NCBI GenBank assembly: GCA_044222065.1
Contig: JBGAOA010000015.1
Location: 763 to 64,762, forward strand
DNA from: Candidatus Eiseniibacteriota bacterium
Lineage (GTDB): Bacteria > Eisenbacteria > RBG-16-71-46
Direction: 5' to 3'
Length of the DNA: 64,000 nt
The position numbers were made by a program, and so were the translations under genes. Below the pieces are notes generated by a model, which worked only from the letters and a program-made list of their open reading frames with translations, was not told the DNA's origin and made no database searches. This document shows, one piece after another, positions 37,879-47,516 of the stretch; the first letter of the stretch is position 1, and the number at the start of each line of letters is the position of its first letter.

Positions 37879-39029
37879 TCCTGGCCGAGAGCGGCCGCGC
37901 CGTCGGCGGCACGGAGCGGGTCGTGTGGGAGCTCGCGACCCGGCTCCCGCGCGTGCGCTTCGACGTGCGCGTGTGGCTCTCGGACGATCCGGGCGTGGAC
38001 GAACTCGCCGACGCGCACGCCGCGCGCGAGATCGCGGTCGCGAGCGTCGCCGAGGTGGACTCGCGCTGGGACTGGCGCGGCATGCTCGGAACCTGGCGGC
38101 GCCTGAAGCGCGCGCGCCCGGACCTGCTGCACGTCCACCACGTGTGGCCGGCCGCCGACCGCTACCTCGTCACGCTCGCGGGCGCGGCCGGCGTGCCGCA
38201 CGTCGTCGTGACCGAACACATCGTCGGCCCGGCGCATTCGGCCGGGCAGCGCGCGCTCAAGCGCCGCGAGCTCGAGCGCGTGGACGCCGTGACGGCCGTG
38301 AGCGGCGCGGTCGCGGATTCGCTCGAGCGCGATTACGGCGTGCCGCGCTCGCGCGTGCGCGTGATCGCGAACGGCGCCGACCTGCCGGACGAGGACGTCG
38401 AGTGGCCGATCGCGCGGCGCATCCGCGAGGACCTCGGCGCGACGGCGCTGCGGCCGCTGTGGGTGTGCGCGGCGCGGCTCGAGGACCAGAAGGGGCAGGA
38501 CGTGCTGCTCGACGCGTACGCCGAGCTGCGGCGCCGCGGGCTCGCGTTCGTCGGCGTGTTCGCGGGCGACGGCGCGCGTCGCGAGGCGTTCGAGGCGCGC
38601 GCGCGCGAACTCGGGCTCGAGCCGTTCACGCGCTTCCTCGGCCAGCTCGACGACGTCGGGCCGCTGCTGCTCGCCGCCGACGCCGTCGTGATGCCGTCGC
38701 GGTGGGAAGGGCTGCCGCTCGTGCTGCTCGAGGCGCTCGCGCGCGGCCGCCCGGTCGTCGCGACGCCCGTGGGCGGGATTCCCGAGGTGCTCGAGGACGG
38801 CGTGACGGGGCGGCTCACGGCGGTCGAGGACGCTCACGCGCTCGCCGACGCGCTCGCGGCCGTCCACGCGACGCCCGACGCGGCGCTGCGCCTCGGCCGC
38901 GAGGGTGCGCGGCTCGTCGCCGAGCGCTACACCTGGGCGCGCACGACGGAGCACTTCGAATCGCTGTACGACGAGGCGCTCGGACTCGCGAGCTTCACGC
39001 CGGCGGACGCCGGCGGGAGGCGCGCGTGA
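37848..39029 (+). CDS. GT4 glycosyltransferase
   Basis: 'RLILAESGRAVGGTERVVWELA' N-terminus, 'SRWEGLPLVLLEALARGRPVVATPVGGIPEVL'. The GTG at 37848 overlaps the previous gene by 31 nt, so the start is approximate. Confidence 0.75.
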   Translation: METNAQRIRLILAESGRAVGGTERVVWELATRLPRVRFDVRVWLSDDPGVDELADAHAAREIAVASVAEVDSRWDWRGMLGTWRRLKRARPDLLHVHHVWPAADRYLVTLAGAAGVPHVVVTEHIVGPAHSAGQRALKRRELERVDAVTAVSGAVADSLERDYGVPRSRVRVIANGADLPDEDVEWPIARRIREDLGATALRPLWVCAARLEDQKGQDVLLDAYAELRRRGLAFVGVFAGDGARREAFEARARELGLEPFTRFLGQLDDVGPLLLAADAVVMPSRWEGLPLVLLEALARGRPVVATPVGGIPEVLEDGVTGRLTAVEDAHALADALAAVHATPDAALRLGREGARLVAERYTWARTTEHFESLYDEALGLASFTPADAGGRRA

Positions 39030-40015
39030 GGGTCGGCGTCGTCGTGCCGTGCTACCGCCAGGAGCGCTACCTGCCGCGCACGATCGCGGCGCTCGAGCGC
39101 GCGCGCGAGGGCGTCGAATGGCGCGGCGCGCTCGTGGTCGCGGCGCCCTCGGGGAACGCGCTGCCGCCGCTGTCCGATCGCTGGCGCGTGCTCGCGCCGC
39201 CGGTCGCGCGTCCGCTCACGCCCGGCGGCGCCCGCATGCTCGGCTTCTCGGACTGCGGCGGCGACTGGGTGCTGTTCGCGGACGCCGACGTCGAAGTGGA
39301 CGCCGCGTGGATGCACGAAGCGCTCGCCGTCGCCGCGCGCTCGCCCTCGCCGGAGCCGCTCGCGGGGCTGTGGGGCCGGCTCGAGGAGTGGTTCACCGAC
39401 GCGCGGGGCGAGCGTCCCGGCACGCCGGATCTCTACGGCGTGGGCCGCGACGAGCGCGAGACGGCGTACACGGCAACGCTGTCGTTCTACCGCCGCGACG
39501 CGCTGACCGCGGCCGGCGGATACGACGCGCGCCTCCATTCCGAAGAGGATTTCGAGCTGGGCCTGCGGCTGCGCCGGCTCGGGTTCCGCATGCGCTCGCT
39601 CGGCCGCCGCGCCGCGAATCACTGGAGCGCGCCGCGTCCGAGCTTCGGCGAGATTGGCCGCCGTTGGAGCACGGGGCTGTGCTTCGGCATGGGCGAGGCG
39701 CTGCGCCTCTACCTCGGCCGTCCCGGGTTCGCGGCGCTGCTGCGCCGCCAGCTCCACTACCTCGTCACGCTCGCGATGTGGCTCGCCGGGCTTGCCGCCT
39801 CCGCGCTCGCGTTCGCGACCGGCGAGGCGGGGCCGCTGCGCGCGTGGACGCTCGCGCCGCTCGCGCTGTTCGCGTTCATGACGCTCAAGAAGCGCAGCCC
39901 GCGGCTCGCGCTCCACTCGCTGCTGACCTGGACCGTCAACGCCGCCGGGCTCGTCGCGGGCTTCGTCACGCTCGCGCCGCCCACCGAACCCCTGCGCCCC
40001 GGAGCGCGCCCGTGA
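39026..40015 (+). CDS. GT2 glycosyltransferase with C-terminal TM helices
   Basis: 'VGVVVPCYRQERYL' plus 'DADVEVD'. The C-terminal 'LVTLAMWLAGLAASALAF...LAPLALFAFM' is hydrophobic. GTGA overlap. GGGAGG RBS. Confidence 0.7.
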   Translation: MRVGVVVPCYRQERYLPRTIAALERAREGVEWRGALVVAAPSGNALPPLSDRWRVLAPPVARPLTPGGARMLGFSDCGGDWVLFADADVEVDAAWMHEALAVAARSPSPEPLAGLWGRLEEWFTDARGERPGTPDLYGVGRDERETAYTATLSFYRRDALTAAGGYDARLHSEEDFELGLRLRRLGFRMRSLGRRAANHWSAPRPSFGEIGRRWSTGLCFGMGEALRLYLGRPGFAALLRRQLHYLVTLAMWLAGLAASALAFATGEAGPLRAWTLAPLALFAFMTLKKRSPRLALHSLLTWTVNAAGLVAGFVTLAPPTEPLRPGARP

Positions 40016-41199
40016 TCGTGCACGCCGCCTCGGACAACGACCTGCACCCGCCGCGCTTCGGCGGGACGCAGCGCGCGTTCGGCCTCTACCGCGGGCTCGC
40101 GCGCCGCCACGACGTGCGCGTCCTGTGCGTCGTGCCGCGCCAGAGCGAGGGGCCGCGCGAGGAAACCGTCGCGGGGGTCGCGATGTCGCGTCGCAAGACG
40201 TGGGCGACCACGATCGCGTGGTGGCTCCAGCGCTTCGGGCTCGCGCCGCTCTGGAGCGCGACGCTCGCGCACGACGCGTTCGCGGGGCGCTGGCGCGCGG
40301 CGCTGCCGGGCGCGCCCGACGTGCGCGCGGTCGAACTGCCGTTCGCCCGCACGCTCGAAGGCGAGCGGCGCGCGCTGCGCGTGTACCTGTCGCACAACGT
40401 CGAGGCCGACTTCTTCGGCGGCGCGACGCCTCCGCTGCTCGCGAAGGGCTTCTGGGCGTCGCACGTGCGCGCGCACGAGGCGAACGCGGTGCGGACCGCC
40501 GACGCGGTCGTCGCGTGCACCGACGACGATGCCGCGCGCTTCGTCGCGCTCTACGGCGTGCCGCGCGAGCGCGTGATCGTGATCTCGAACGGCTGGGACG
40601 AGACCGCGATCGGTCCGCCGTCGTCCGACGAGCGGGCCGCGGCGCGCGCCGCGCTCGGCTTCGGCGCGGGCGAGACCGTGGCGCTGTTCCTCGGCTCGGA
40701 CCACGCGCACAACCGCGCGGCGCTCGCCTCGCTCGTGCGCGACGCGCTGCCGGCCTGGCGCGGCGCGGGCGTCACGCTGCTCGCCGCGGGCACGGTCACG
40801 CGTCTGTTCGACGGCCCCGCGCCCGAGGGCGTGCGCGCGCTGCCGGAGGTGCCGGACCTGCGCCCCGTGATGCACGCGGCCGATCTCGGCCTGAACAACG
40901 TGGCGTTCGGCGGCGGCAGCAACGTGAAGGTGCCGACCTACCTCGCTGCGGGACTCGCCGTCGTGACCACGCCGTTCGGCCTGCGCGGCTTCCCGGGGCT
41001 CGAGCGCCACGTGCGGATCGCGGCGCCGGCCGAGTTCCCGGCCGCGGTGCTCGAGCGCCCGCGCGGCTGGCTCGCGCGCGGCGAGGCGATGCCGCCCGAG
41101 GTCGCCTCGCTCGCGTGGGGCGAACTCGGCGAGCGGCTCGGCCGCGAACTCGAAGCGCGGCTCGCCGCACGCCGCGAGCCCGCGAGGAGGTCGGCGTGA
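40012..41199 (+). CDS. GT4 glycosyltransferase
   Basis: 'VIVHAASDNDLHPPRFGGTQRAFGLYRGLARRHDVRVL' N-terminus, 'SNVKVPTYLAAGLAVVTTPFG' C-terminus. GTGA overlap. Confidence 0.75.
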   Translation: MIVHAASDNDLHPPRFGGTQRAFGLYRGLARRHDVRVLCVVPRQSEGPREETVAGVAMSRRKTWATTIAWWLQRFGLAPLWSATLAHDAFAGRWRAALPGAPDVRAVELPFARTLEGERRALRVYLSHNVEADFFGGATPPLLAKGFWASHVRAHEANAVRTADAVVACTDDDAARFVALYGVPRERVIVISNGWDETAIGPPSSDERAAARAALGFGAGETVALFLGSDHAHNRAALASLVRDALPAWRGAGVTLLAAGTVTRLFDGPAPEGVRALPEVPDLRPVMHAADLGLNNVAFGGGSNVKVPTYLAAGLAVVTTPFGLRGFPGLERHVRIAAPAEFPAAVLERPRGWLARGEAMPPEVASLAWGELGERLGRELEARLAARREPARRSA

Positions 41200-42302
41200 A
41201 GATCGCGATGATCGGTCAGAAGGGCGTGCCCGCGACGTTCGGCGGCATCGAGCGCCACGTCGAGGAGATCGGCCGCCGGCTCGCCGCGCGCGGGAACGAC
41301 GTGTCCGTGTACTGCCGCCTGTACTACACGCCGGCCGACGCGAACGTGCCGGGCGTGCGGCTGCTGCGCCGGCCGAGCGTGCACACGAAGCACCTCGACG
41401 CCGCGACGCACGTCGCCTACTGCTCGTTCGAATCGCTGTTCCACCGCTACGACATCGTGCACTTCCACGCGCTCGGACCGTCCGCGTTCGCGTGGCTGCC
41501 GCGCCTCGCCGGCGCGCGAACGGTCGTCACCGTGCACGGACTCGACTGGCAGCGCGAGAAGTGGGGGCAGTTCGCGCAGTGGGTGCTGCGCCAGTGCGAG
41601 GGTCCGGCGGCGCACTTCCCCGACCGCACGATCGTCGTCTCGCGCACGCTGCGCGACCACTTCCGCGAACGCCACCGCTGCGACGCGGCGTTCATTCCGA
41701 ACGGCACGACGCTGCCGCAGCCGCGCCCGGCGAAGAAGCTGCTCGAGATGGGGCTCGTGCCCGGGCGCTACCTGCTGTTCGTCGGCCGGCTCGTGCCCGA
41801 GAAGGGCGTGCACTTCCTGTGCGAGGCGTTCTCGAAGCTCGACACCGATCTCACGCTCGCGATCGCGGGCGGGCTGTCGTTCTCGGACGAGTACGTGCAG
41901 ACGCTCCGCCGCTACGAGGGCCCGCGCGTGAAGCTGCTCGACTACGTGTACGGCGATCCGCTCGAGGAGCTGTGGAGCAACGCCTACGCCGTCGTGCAGC
42001 CGTCCACGATGGAGGGCATGTCGCTGTCGCTGCTCGAGGCGCTGTCCTACGGCCGCTGCGTGCTCATCTCCGACATCCCCGAGAACCTCGAGGTCGCGGA
42101 GGACGTCGCGCTCACGTTCCGCTCGAAGGACGTGGCCGACCTCACCGAGAAGCTCGCGCGCCTGATCGCCGATCCGCAGCTCGTGAAGCGCTACGAAGCG
42201 CTCGCGCGCCAGCACGTCTACCAGAACTACTCGTGGGACAAGGTGACCGAGAACACCGAGATCGTTTACCGCGACGTGCTCGCGCGCAGGCGGCGGCCGT
42301 GA
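41196..42302 (+). CDS. GT4 glycosyltransferase
   Basis: 'KIAMIGQKGVPATFGGIERHVEEI', 'STMEGMSLSLLEALSYGRCVLISDIPENLEV'. GAGGAGG RBS. GTGA overlap. Confidence 0.8.
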   Translation: MKIAMIGQKGVPATFGGIERHVEEIGRRLAARGNDVSVYCRLYYTPADANVPGVRLLRRPSVHTKHLDAATHVAYCSFESLFHRYDIVHFHALGPSAFAWLPRLAGARTVVTVHGLDWQREKWGQFAQWVLRQCEGPAAHFPDRTIVVSRTLRDHFRERHRCDAAFIPNGTTLPQPRPAKKLLEMGLVPGRYLLFVGRLVPEKGVHFLCEAFSKLDTDLTLAIAGGLSFSDEYVQTLRRYEGPRVKLLDYVYGDPLEELWSNAYAVVQPSTMEGMSLSLLEALSYGRCVLISDIPENLEVAEDVALTFRSKDVADLTEKLARLIADPQLVKRYEALARQHVYQNYSWDKVTENTEIVYRDVLARRRRP

Positions 42303-42336
42303 CGCGCCCGGCCGGCTCGCCGCGGGGCGTGCGCTG

Positions 42337-43164
42337 ATGCCGGCGCTCTCGGGGCACTTCGAGGACCTCGTCGGCCGCTACCACGGTCCCGAGGGCGACC
42401 GCTTCGCGATCGAGGAGCTGGCGCCCGTCGCGCGCCGCTTCGCGCCACCGGGTTCGCGCGCGCTCGAGATCGGCTGCGGCTACGGCCGCAACCTCGTCGC
42501 GCTCTCGAGCCTTCCGGGGGTCTCGGTCGTGGGCTGCGACCCGTGGTGGCAGGAGCTCCTGCGCGCGCGCGAAGAGCGGCGCGCGACGCTGCCCGACGAA
42601 CAGGCGCGGCGCATCGCGCTCGTGCGGCAGGAGGAATTCCGGCTGCCGTTCCGCGATTCGAGCTTCGACCTCGTCGTGCTGTGGCAGGTGCTCGAGCACG
42701 TGTTCACGCCCGAGGCGAAGCGCCGGGTGATCGCCGAGGCGACGCGCGTCCTGAAGAGCGGCGGGCACGTGCTCATCGAGACGCCGAACCAGTGGTTTCC
42801 GGTGGACTACCACGACAACAAGATGCCGCTCGTCCACTGGCTGCTGCCGCGGGCCGGCCGCGAGTGGGTCACGTGGAAGGTGCGCGGCATGCGCTACCGC
42901 CCGAGCGAGTACCTGAGCTTTCGCGGCTGCGCGCGCCTGCTGCGTGGCGCGCCGGGCGTGACGCGGGTGACGAAGGCGACGCGCTTCTACTTCGCGCCCG
43001 GCTTCCGCGAGGCGTGGCGCGAACTCGCCGGCACGCAGGTCGGGCTCAAGCGCGCGATCTTCGCGGCCGTCGCGCCGGTGCACGCCGCGGCCTCGCTGTT
43101 CGGCGGCTCCGCGGACCCGCTGCTGCCTTCGGTGCGCGGCGTGTGGAAGGTCGAGAAGTCGTGA
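42337..43164 (+). CDS. Class I SAM-dependent methyltransferase
   Basis: 'ALEIGCGYGRNL' motif I, 'VLKSGGHVLIETPN'. Confidence 0.75.
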   Translation: MPALSGHFEDLVGRYHGPEGDRFAIEELAPVARRFAPPGSRALEIGCGYGRNLVALSSLPGVSVVGCDPWWQELLRAREERRATLPDEQARRIALVRQEEFRLPFRDSSFDLVVLWQVLEHVFTPEAKRRVIAEATRVLKSGGHVLIETPNQWFPVDYHDNKMPLVHWLLPRAGREWVTWKVRGMRYRPSEYLSFRGCARLLRGAPGVTRVTKATRFYFAPGFREAWRELAGTQVGLKRAIFAAVAPVHAAASLFGGSADPLLPSVRGVWKVEKS

Positions 43165-43239
43165 GCGGCGCCGCGGCGATTGCCGCTCGCGCGCGGGCTG
43201 TGATTTAGTGCCCGCACGTCCCACTCACGGAGGAGACCG

Positions 43240-44289
43240 GTGGACCGTTACGCCCTGATCCTCGCCGGCGGACGCGGCGAGCGCTTCTGGCCGTGGAGCA
43301 CGCCGTCGCGTCCCAAGCAGCTGCTGCCGCTCGCCTCGGGCGGGCGCACGCTCCTGCGCGCGACGCTCGAACGTTCGAGCCGCGTCGTGCCCGCCGAACG
43401 CACCGTCATCCTGACCGCACGCGACCTCGTGGACGCGGTGAAGCGCGAGGCGCCGGGGGCGCGCGTGATCGGCGAGCCGGTCGGCCGCAACACCGCGCCC
43501 GCGATCGCGGCGGCGGCGCGGCTGTTCCTGGCCGAATCGTCCGATCCCGCATTCGTCGTGCTGCCCTCCGATCACGCGATCGACGACGAGGCGGCGTTCG
43601 CCGCCGACCTCGAGGCCGCCTTCCGGGCCGCGGGGCAGGACCGCGTGCTCGTGACGTTCGGCATACGGCCGGGCTACGCCGAGACGAACTTCGGGTACAT
43701 CCGCCGCGGGGACCGCGTGCGCGATCGGCTCCACCGGGTCGCCGCGTTCACCGAGAAGCCGGATCGCGCGCGCGCCGAGGCGTGGATCGCGAGCGGCGAG
43801 TACGCGTGGAACGCGGGCATCTTCGTGTGGCGTGCGGCGGTGTTCTTCGACGCGCTCGAGGCCGGGCGTCCGGCGCTCGCGGCGCCGCTGCGCGCGCTCG
43901 CGTGGCAGGGAGGGGACGCGGGCTTCGTGGCCGCGCTCGAGCGCGTGTTCCCGTCGCTCGAAGCGGTGTCGGTGGACTACGCCGTGCTCGAGGGCGCGCC
44001 GAACACGCTCGTGCTCGAGGCGAAGTTCGACTGGGACGATCTCGGCTCGTGGAGCGCCTGGGCGCGCCGCCAGCCGCGCGACGAGCGCGGCAACGTGTGC
44101 TTCGGCGATGCGCTCGCGCTCGACAGCTCGGGCTGCGTCGTCGTCGGCGACGGCGGCACGGCCGCGGCGCTCGGGCTCACCGACACGGTGGTCGTGCACG
44201 TGAACGGCGCCACGCTCGCCTGCCCGCTCGACCGCAGCGATCAGGTGCGGCGCGTAACCGAAGCCGTGCGCGCGCGGGGGGCGTCGTGA
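43240..44289 (+). CDS. manC: Mannose-1-phosphate guanylyltransferase (GDP-mannose pyrophosphorylase, nucleotidyltransferase domain only)
   Basis: 'ALILAGGRGERFWPWS...PKQLLPL' and 'FGIRPGYAETNFGYI'. GGAGGAG RBS. Confidence 0.8.
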   Translation: MDRYALILAGGRGERFWPWSTPSRPKQLLPLASGGRTLLRATLERSSRVVPAERTVILTARDLVDAVKREAPGARVIGEPVGRNTAPAIAAAARLFLAESSDPAFVVLPSDHAIDDEAAFAADLEAAFRAAGQDRVLVTFGIRPGYAETNFGYIRRGDRVRDRLHRVAAFTEKPDRARAEAWIASGEYAWNAGIFVWRAAVFFDALEAGRPALAAPLRALAWQGGDAGFVAALERVFPSLEAVSVDYAVLEGAPNTLVLEAKFDWDDLGSWSAWARRQPRDERGNVCFGDALALDSSGCVVVGDGGTAAALGLTDTVVVHVNGATLACPLDRSDQVRRVTEAVRARGAS

Positions 44290-45050
44290 ACGCCCGCCGG
44301 AACCGCGCGGCACTCGCCGCCCTGGCGCTCGCAGCACTCGCGGGCTGCGCGTACCTGCCGCCCGTGCCGGACAGCCTCCGGCCGGCGAACGCTCCCGCGG
44401 GCGCATCCGCGTCCCCGGCCGACTCGGCGCGCGCGGCCATCCCGGTGCCGGGCGCCGTGCCGCCGCCCGCGGCGCCGGTCCCGGCGCGCACGGTGCCGAA
44501 CGACAGCACGCCGGGGGCGGACGCGCGCGCCGTGCTCGAGTCGATTCCCGAGCCGCTGACGGCGGCCGAGCGCGCGATCCCGGTCCCGGTCGCCGCGCGC
44601 TCGGCGACGGCGGCGGACTCCGCGGCGCACACGGTGGCGGACACGGCCGCGGCGCCTTCGCCGGACGAGTCCGCGCCCGCGCCCGCGCCGACGCGGCCGC
44701 TCGGCGAACAGCCGGGCGACAGCGTCGCGATCGCGATGCCCGACAGCCTCGAGGCGATCCTCGCGAACGCGGGCGCCGCGCCGCGCGACACGGCGGCGGC
44801 CGCGCCGGCCCCGCCGGACCCCTGCTGGCGCGTGCAGTTCACGGCGCCCAGGGAGAAGGCGACGGCGGAACTCAAGCGCCGCGCCGCCGAATCGCTGCTG
44901 TTCGTGCCGGCGGTGATCGAGCGCGCGAGCGGCCTCTACAAGGTGCGCTCGCGCGAGTGCGCGAGCCGCGCGGTCGCGACGGCGCTGCGCGAGCGCGCGC
45001 GCGCCTCGGGCTTCGACGGCGCGTTCCTGTTCGCGGAGAAGCCGAAGTGA
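44286..45050 (+). CDS. Lipoprotein with a Pro/Ala-rich linker and a C-terminal SPOR (peptidoglycan-binding) domain
   Basis: Lipobox 'LAALAGC'. The C-terminal 'WRVQFTAPREKATAELKRRAAESL...YKVRSREC...SGFDGAFL' is SPOR-like. GTGA overlap with manC. Confidence 0.65.
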   Translation: MNARRNRAALAALALAALAGCAYLPPVPDSLRPANAPAGASASPADSARAAIPVPGAVPPPAAPVPARTVPNDSTPGADARAVLESIPEPLTAAERAIPVPVAARSATAADSAAHTVADTAAAPSPDESAPAPAPTRPLGEQPGDSVAIAMPDSLEAILANAGAAPRDTAAAAPAPPDPCWRVQFTAPREKATAELKRRAAESLLFVPAVIERASGLYKVRSRECASRAVATALRERARASGFDGAFLFAEKPK

Positions 45051-46267
45051 GCCGGCCGCTCGTCCTGTACGAGAGCCGCGCCTGGCGTTCGCTGCGTCCG
45101 CTCACGGACACGCTGCCCGTTCCGGCGCTCGCGTTCGGCGCTTCGTCGCTGGGGCAACGGCTGCGCGCGGCCCTGGACGGCGCGCTGATCGCGATCGAGG
45201 CGCGCGAGGCGCCGCTCGCGGCGTGGGGCGCGGCGGGCGCGACCGGCGCGCGGCCGGGCGCGGGCGACACGGTGTTCGTGTTCGACGCCGCGACGACGCC
45301 CGGGCCGTGGATCGCGGCCGCGCTCGAGGCACGCACGCCGACGCTGTTCGTCGGCGAGGGCGGGGCCGTCGGTGCGCGGCTGCCGTACGAGATGCTCGCG
45401 CCCGGGCTCGGCCGGGGCGCCGGATTCGAGGCCTGGCTGCTCGGACTCGGCCTGCCCGCGACGGCGTGCGAGGCGACGCTCGTCCGTTGGCCCTGGCAGA
45501 TCGTCGAGTGGAACGCCGCCGCGATCGCGGCGGACCTCGCGGGCCGTCCCGCGACGCGCGAAGGAGACGTGCACGCGTCGGCCGCGCTGCTCGCGCCCGA
45601 ACGCATCTCGATCGCGGCCGGCGCGCGGATCGAGCCGCTCGCGGTGCTCGATGCGCGCGAGGGCCCGATCGCGATCGGACCGAACGCGCTCGTGCGCGCG
45701 CACACGGTCGTCACCGGACCGTGCGTCGTCGGCGCCGGCACGCAGCTCCTCGGCGGCTTCGTGTCGCAGAGCACGTTCGGCCCCGAGTGCCGCATCGCCG
45801 GCGAGGTCGAGGCGTGCGTGTGGCAGGGCTACTCGAACAAGCGGCACCACGGCTTCGTCGGGCACAGCGCGATCGGCGAGTGGGTGAACCTCGGCGCGCT
45901 CACGACGACGAGCGACCTTAAGAACAACTACGGCCCGGTGCGCGTGTGGGTGGACGGAGCCGAGGTGGACAGCCGCAATCCCAAGGTCGGCTCGATCGTC
46001 GGCGCGCACGTCAAGACCGGCATCGGCACCCTGCTGCCGACCGGGGCGAGCGTCGGCGTCGGTGCGAACTTGTTCGGCGGCGGGCGGTTCGTCCCGAAGC
46101 GCGTGCCGTCGTTCGCGTGGTGGGACGGCGAGCGCGCGGTCGAGCACCGGCTGGACGCGTTCCTAGCCACGGCGCGCATCGCGTTCTCGCGCCGCGGCCG
46201 CGCGCTCGGCCCCGCGGACGAGCGCCTGCTCGCCGCGTTGCACGCCGAAACGGCCGCGGAGCGCTGA
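45047..46267 (+). CDS. Sugar-nucleotidyltransferase-like protein with a C-terminal left-handed beta-helix (GlmU-like), N-terminal G-loop degenerate
   Basis: LbH repeats 'IGPNALVRAHTVVTGPCVVGAGTQL ... VGSIVGAHVKTGIGTLLPTGASVGVGANL'. No GxGTR motif is seen in the N-terminal domain. GTGA overlap. Confidence 0.55.
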   Translation: MSRPLVLYESRAWRSLRPLTDTLPVPALAFGASSLGQRLRAALDGALIAIEAREAPLAAWGAAGATGARPGAGDTVFVFDAATTPGPWIAAALEARTPTLFVGEGGAVGARLPYEMLAPGLGRGAGFEAWLLGLGLPATACEATLVRWPWQIVEWNAAAIAADLAGRPATREGDVHASAALLAPERISIAAGARIEPLAVLDAREGPIAIGPNALVRAHTVVTGPCVVGAGTQLLGGFVSQSTFGPECRIAGEVEACVWQGYSNKRHHGFVGHSAIGEWVNLGALTTTSDLKNNYGPVRVWVDGAEVDSRNPKVGSIVGAHVKTGIGTLLPTGASVGVGANLFGGGRFVPKRVPSFAWWDGERAVEHRLDAFLATARIAFSRRGRALGPADERLLAALHAETAAER

Positions 46268-46337
46268 AGGGCCCGCCACGAGGGCGCTGCGACACAACGT
46301 CCCGCCGCTCCAAGAACGGCGTTGCACGGCCGATACT

Positions 46338-46390
46338 CCCCGAGAGAGGCCGGCACATTCTTGACCCCGCTCTCTCGGGGTTCCTAGACT
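46338..46390 (+). promoter_or_regulatory. 11-bp perfect hairpin (CCCCGAGAGAG / CTCTCTCGGGG) overlapping a TTGACC-18-TAGACT promoter-like element
   Basis: The stem halves lie at 46338-46348 and 46370-46380. TTGACC at 46361-46366, TAGACT at 46385-46390. It sits between the end of the EPS operon and galT. Confidence 0.4.
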
Positions 46391-46456
46391 GCGCTCCGCT
46401 TCGCGCGTGCGACCGGCAGGGCCGGCGCGCGAGCCGCATCCCGCTCAGGAGACGAC

Positions 46457-47470
46457 ATGCCCGAATTGCGGAAGGATCCGGTCGTGGGCCGCTGGGTCAT
46501 CATTTCGACCGAGCGCAGCCGCCGCCCCACGAACTTCACCCCCGTCCACGTCGAGAAGAACCACGTGTTCTGCCCGTTCTGCCCGGGCAACGAGGACAAG
46601 ACCCCGCCGGAGGTCTACGCCTACCGGCCGGGAGGCGGCGGCGTGAACGGGCCGGGCTGGCAGGTGCGTGTCGTGCCGAACAAGTTCCCGGCCTTGCAGA
46701 TCGAAGGCTCGCTCGACCGCCGGGGCGAGGGGCTCTACGACAAGATGAACGGCATCGGCGCCCACGAGGTCGTGATCGAGACGCCCGAGCACGAGAAGGA
46801 CCTCGCGGAGTTGTCGGTGCCGCACCTCGCCCAGGTGCTCGAAGCCTTCCGCTCGCGGTGCGTGGACCTGCACCGGGATCGCCGCTTTCGCTACGTGCTC
46901 GTGTTCAAGAATCACGGGGCGCAGGCCGGCGCGACGATGGAGCACTCGCACACGCAGCTCATCGCGACGCCGATCGTCCCGAAGATCCTGCAGGAGGAGC
47001 TCGACGGCAGCCGCCGCTACTTCGAGCTGAAGGAGCGCTGCGTGTTCTGCGACATCGTCGCGCAGGAGACCGCCGACAACAACGGCCGCCGCGTCGTCAC
47101 GCTGAACGACCGCTTCATCGCGATCGAGCCGTTCGCGCCGCGCTTCCCGTTCGAGACCTGGATCCTGCCGCGCCGTCACGACGCGTCGTTCATCGCGCTC
47201 GAGGACGCGAACGAGTTCACCGACCTCGCGGCCGTGCTCAAGGACACGCTGTCGCGGCTCAACCGCGCGCTCGATCATCCGCCCTTCAACTTCGCCATCC
47301 ACACGTCGCCCGTGAGCGAGGGCGATCTCGAGTACTACCACTGGCACCTCGAGATCATGCCGTCGCTGTCGCGCGTCGCCGGCTTCGAGATCGGATCGGG
47401 TTTCCACATCAATCCGACGCCGCCCGAGGACGCCGCGCAGTACCTGCGCGAGATCGCCGCCGAGGTCTGA
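46457..47470 (+). CDS. galT: Galactose-1-phosphate uridylyltransferase-like HIT-family nucleotidyltransferase (GalT / ADP-glucose phosphorylase type)
   Basis: 'FCPFCPGNE' zinc knuckle and 'HSHTQ' HxHxQ active site. Confidence 0.8.
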   Translation: MPELRKDPVVGRWVIISTERSRRPTNFTPVHVEKNHVFCPFCPGNEDKTPPEVYAYRPGGGGVNGPGWQVRVVPNKFPALQIEGSLDRRGEGLYDKMNGIGAHEVVIETPEHEKDLAELSVPHLAQVLEAFRSRCVDLHRDRRFRYVLVFKNHGAQAGATMEHSHTQLIATPIVPKILQEELDGSRRYFELKERCVFCDIVAQETADNNGRRVVTLNDRFIAIEPFAPRFPFETWILPRRHDASFIALEDANEFTDLAAVLKDTLSRLNRALDHPPFNFAIHTSPVSEGDLEYYHWHLEIMPSLSRVAGFEIGSGFHINPTPPEDAAQYLREIAAEV

Positions 47471-47516
47471 CCCGGCCGCGCGCCTTCCCGAGAACCCCGG
47501 ACCGGAACGCCCCACG

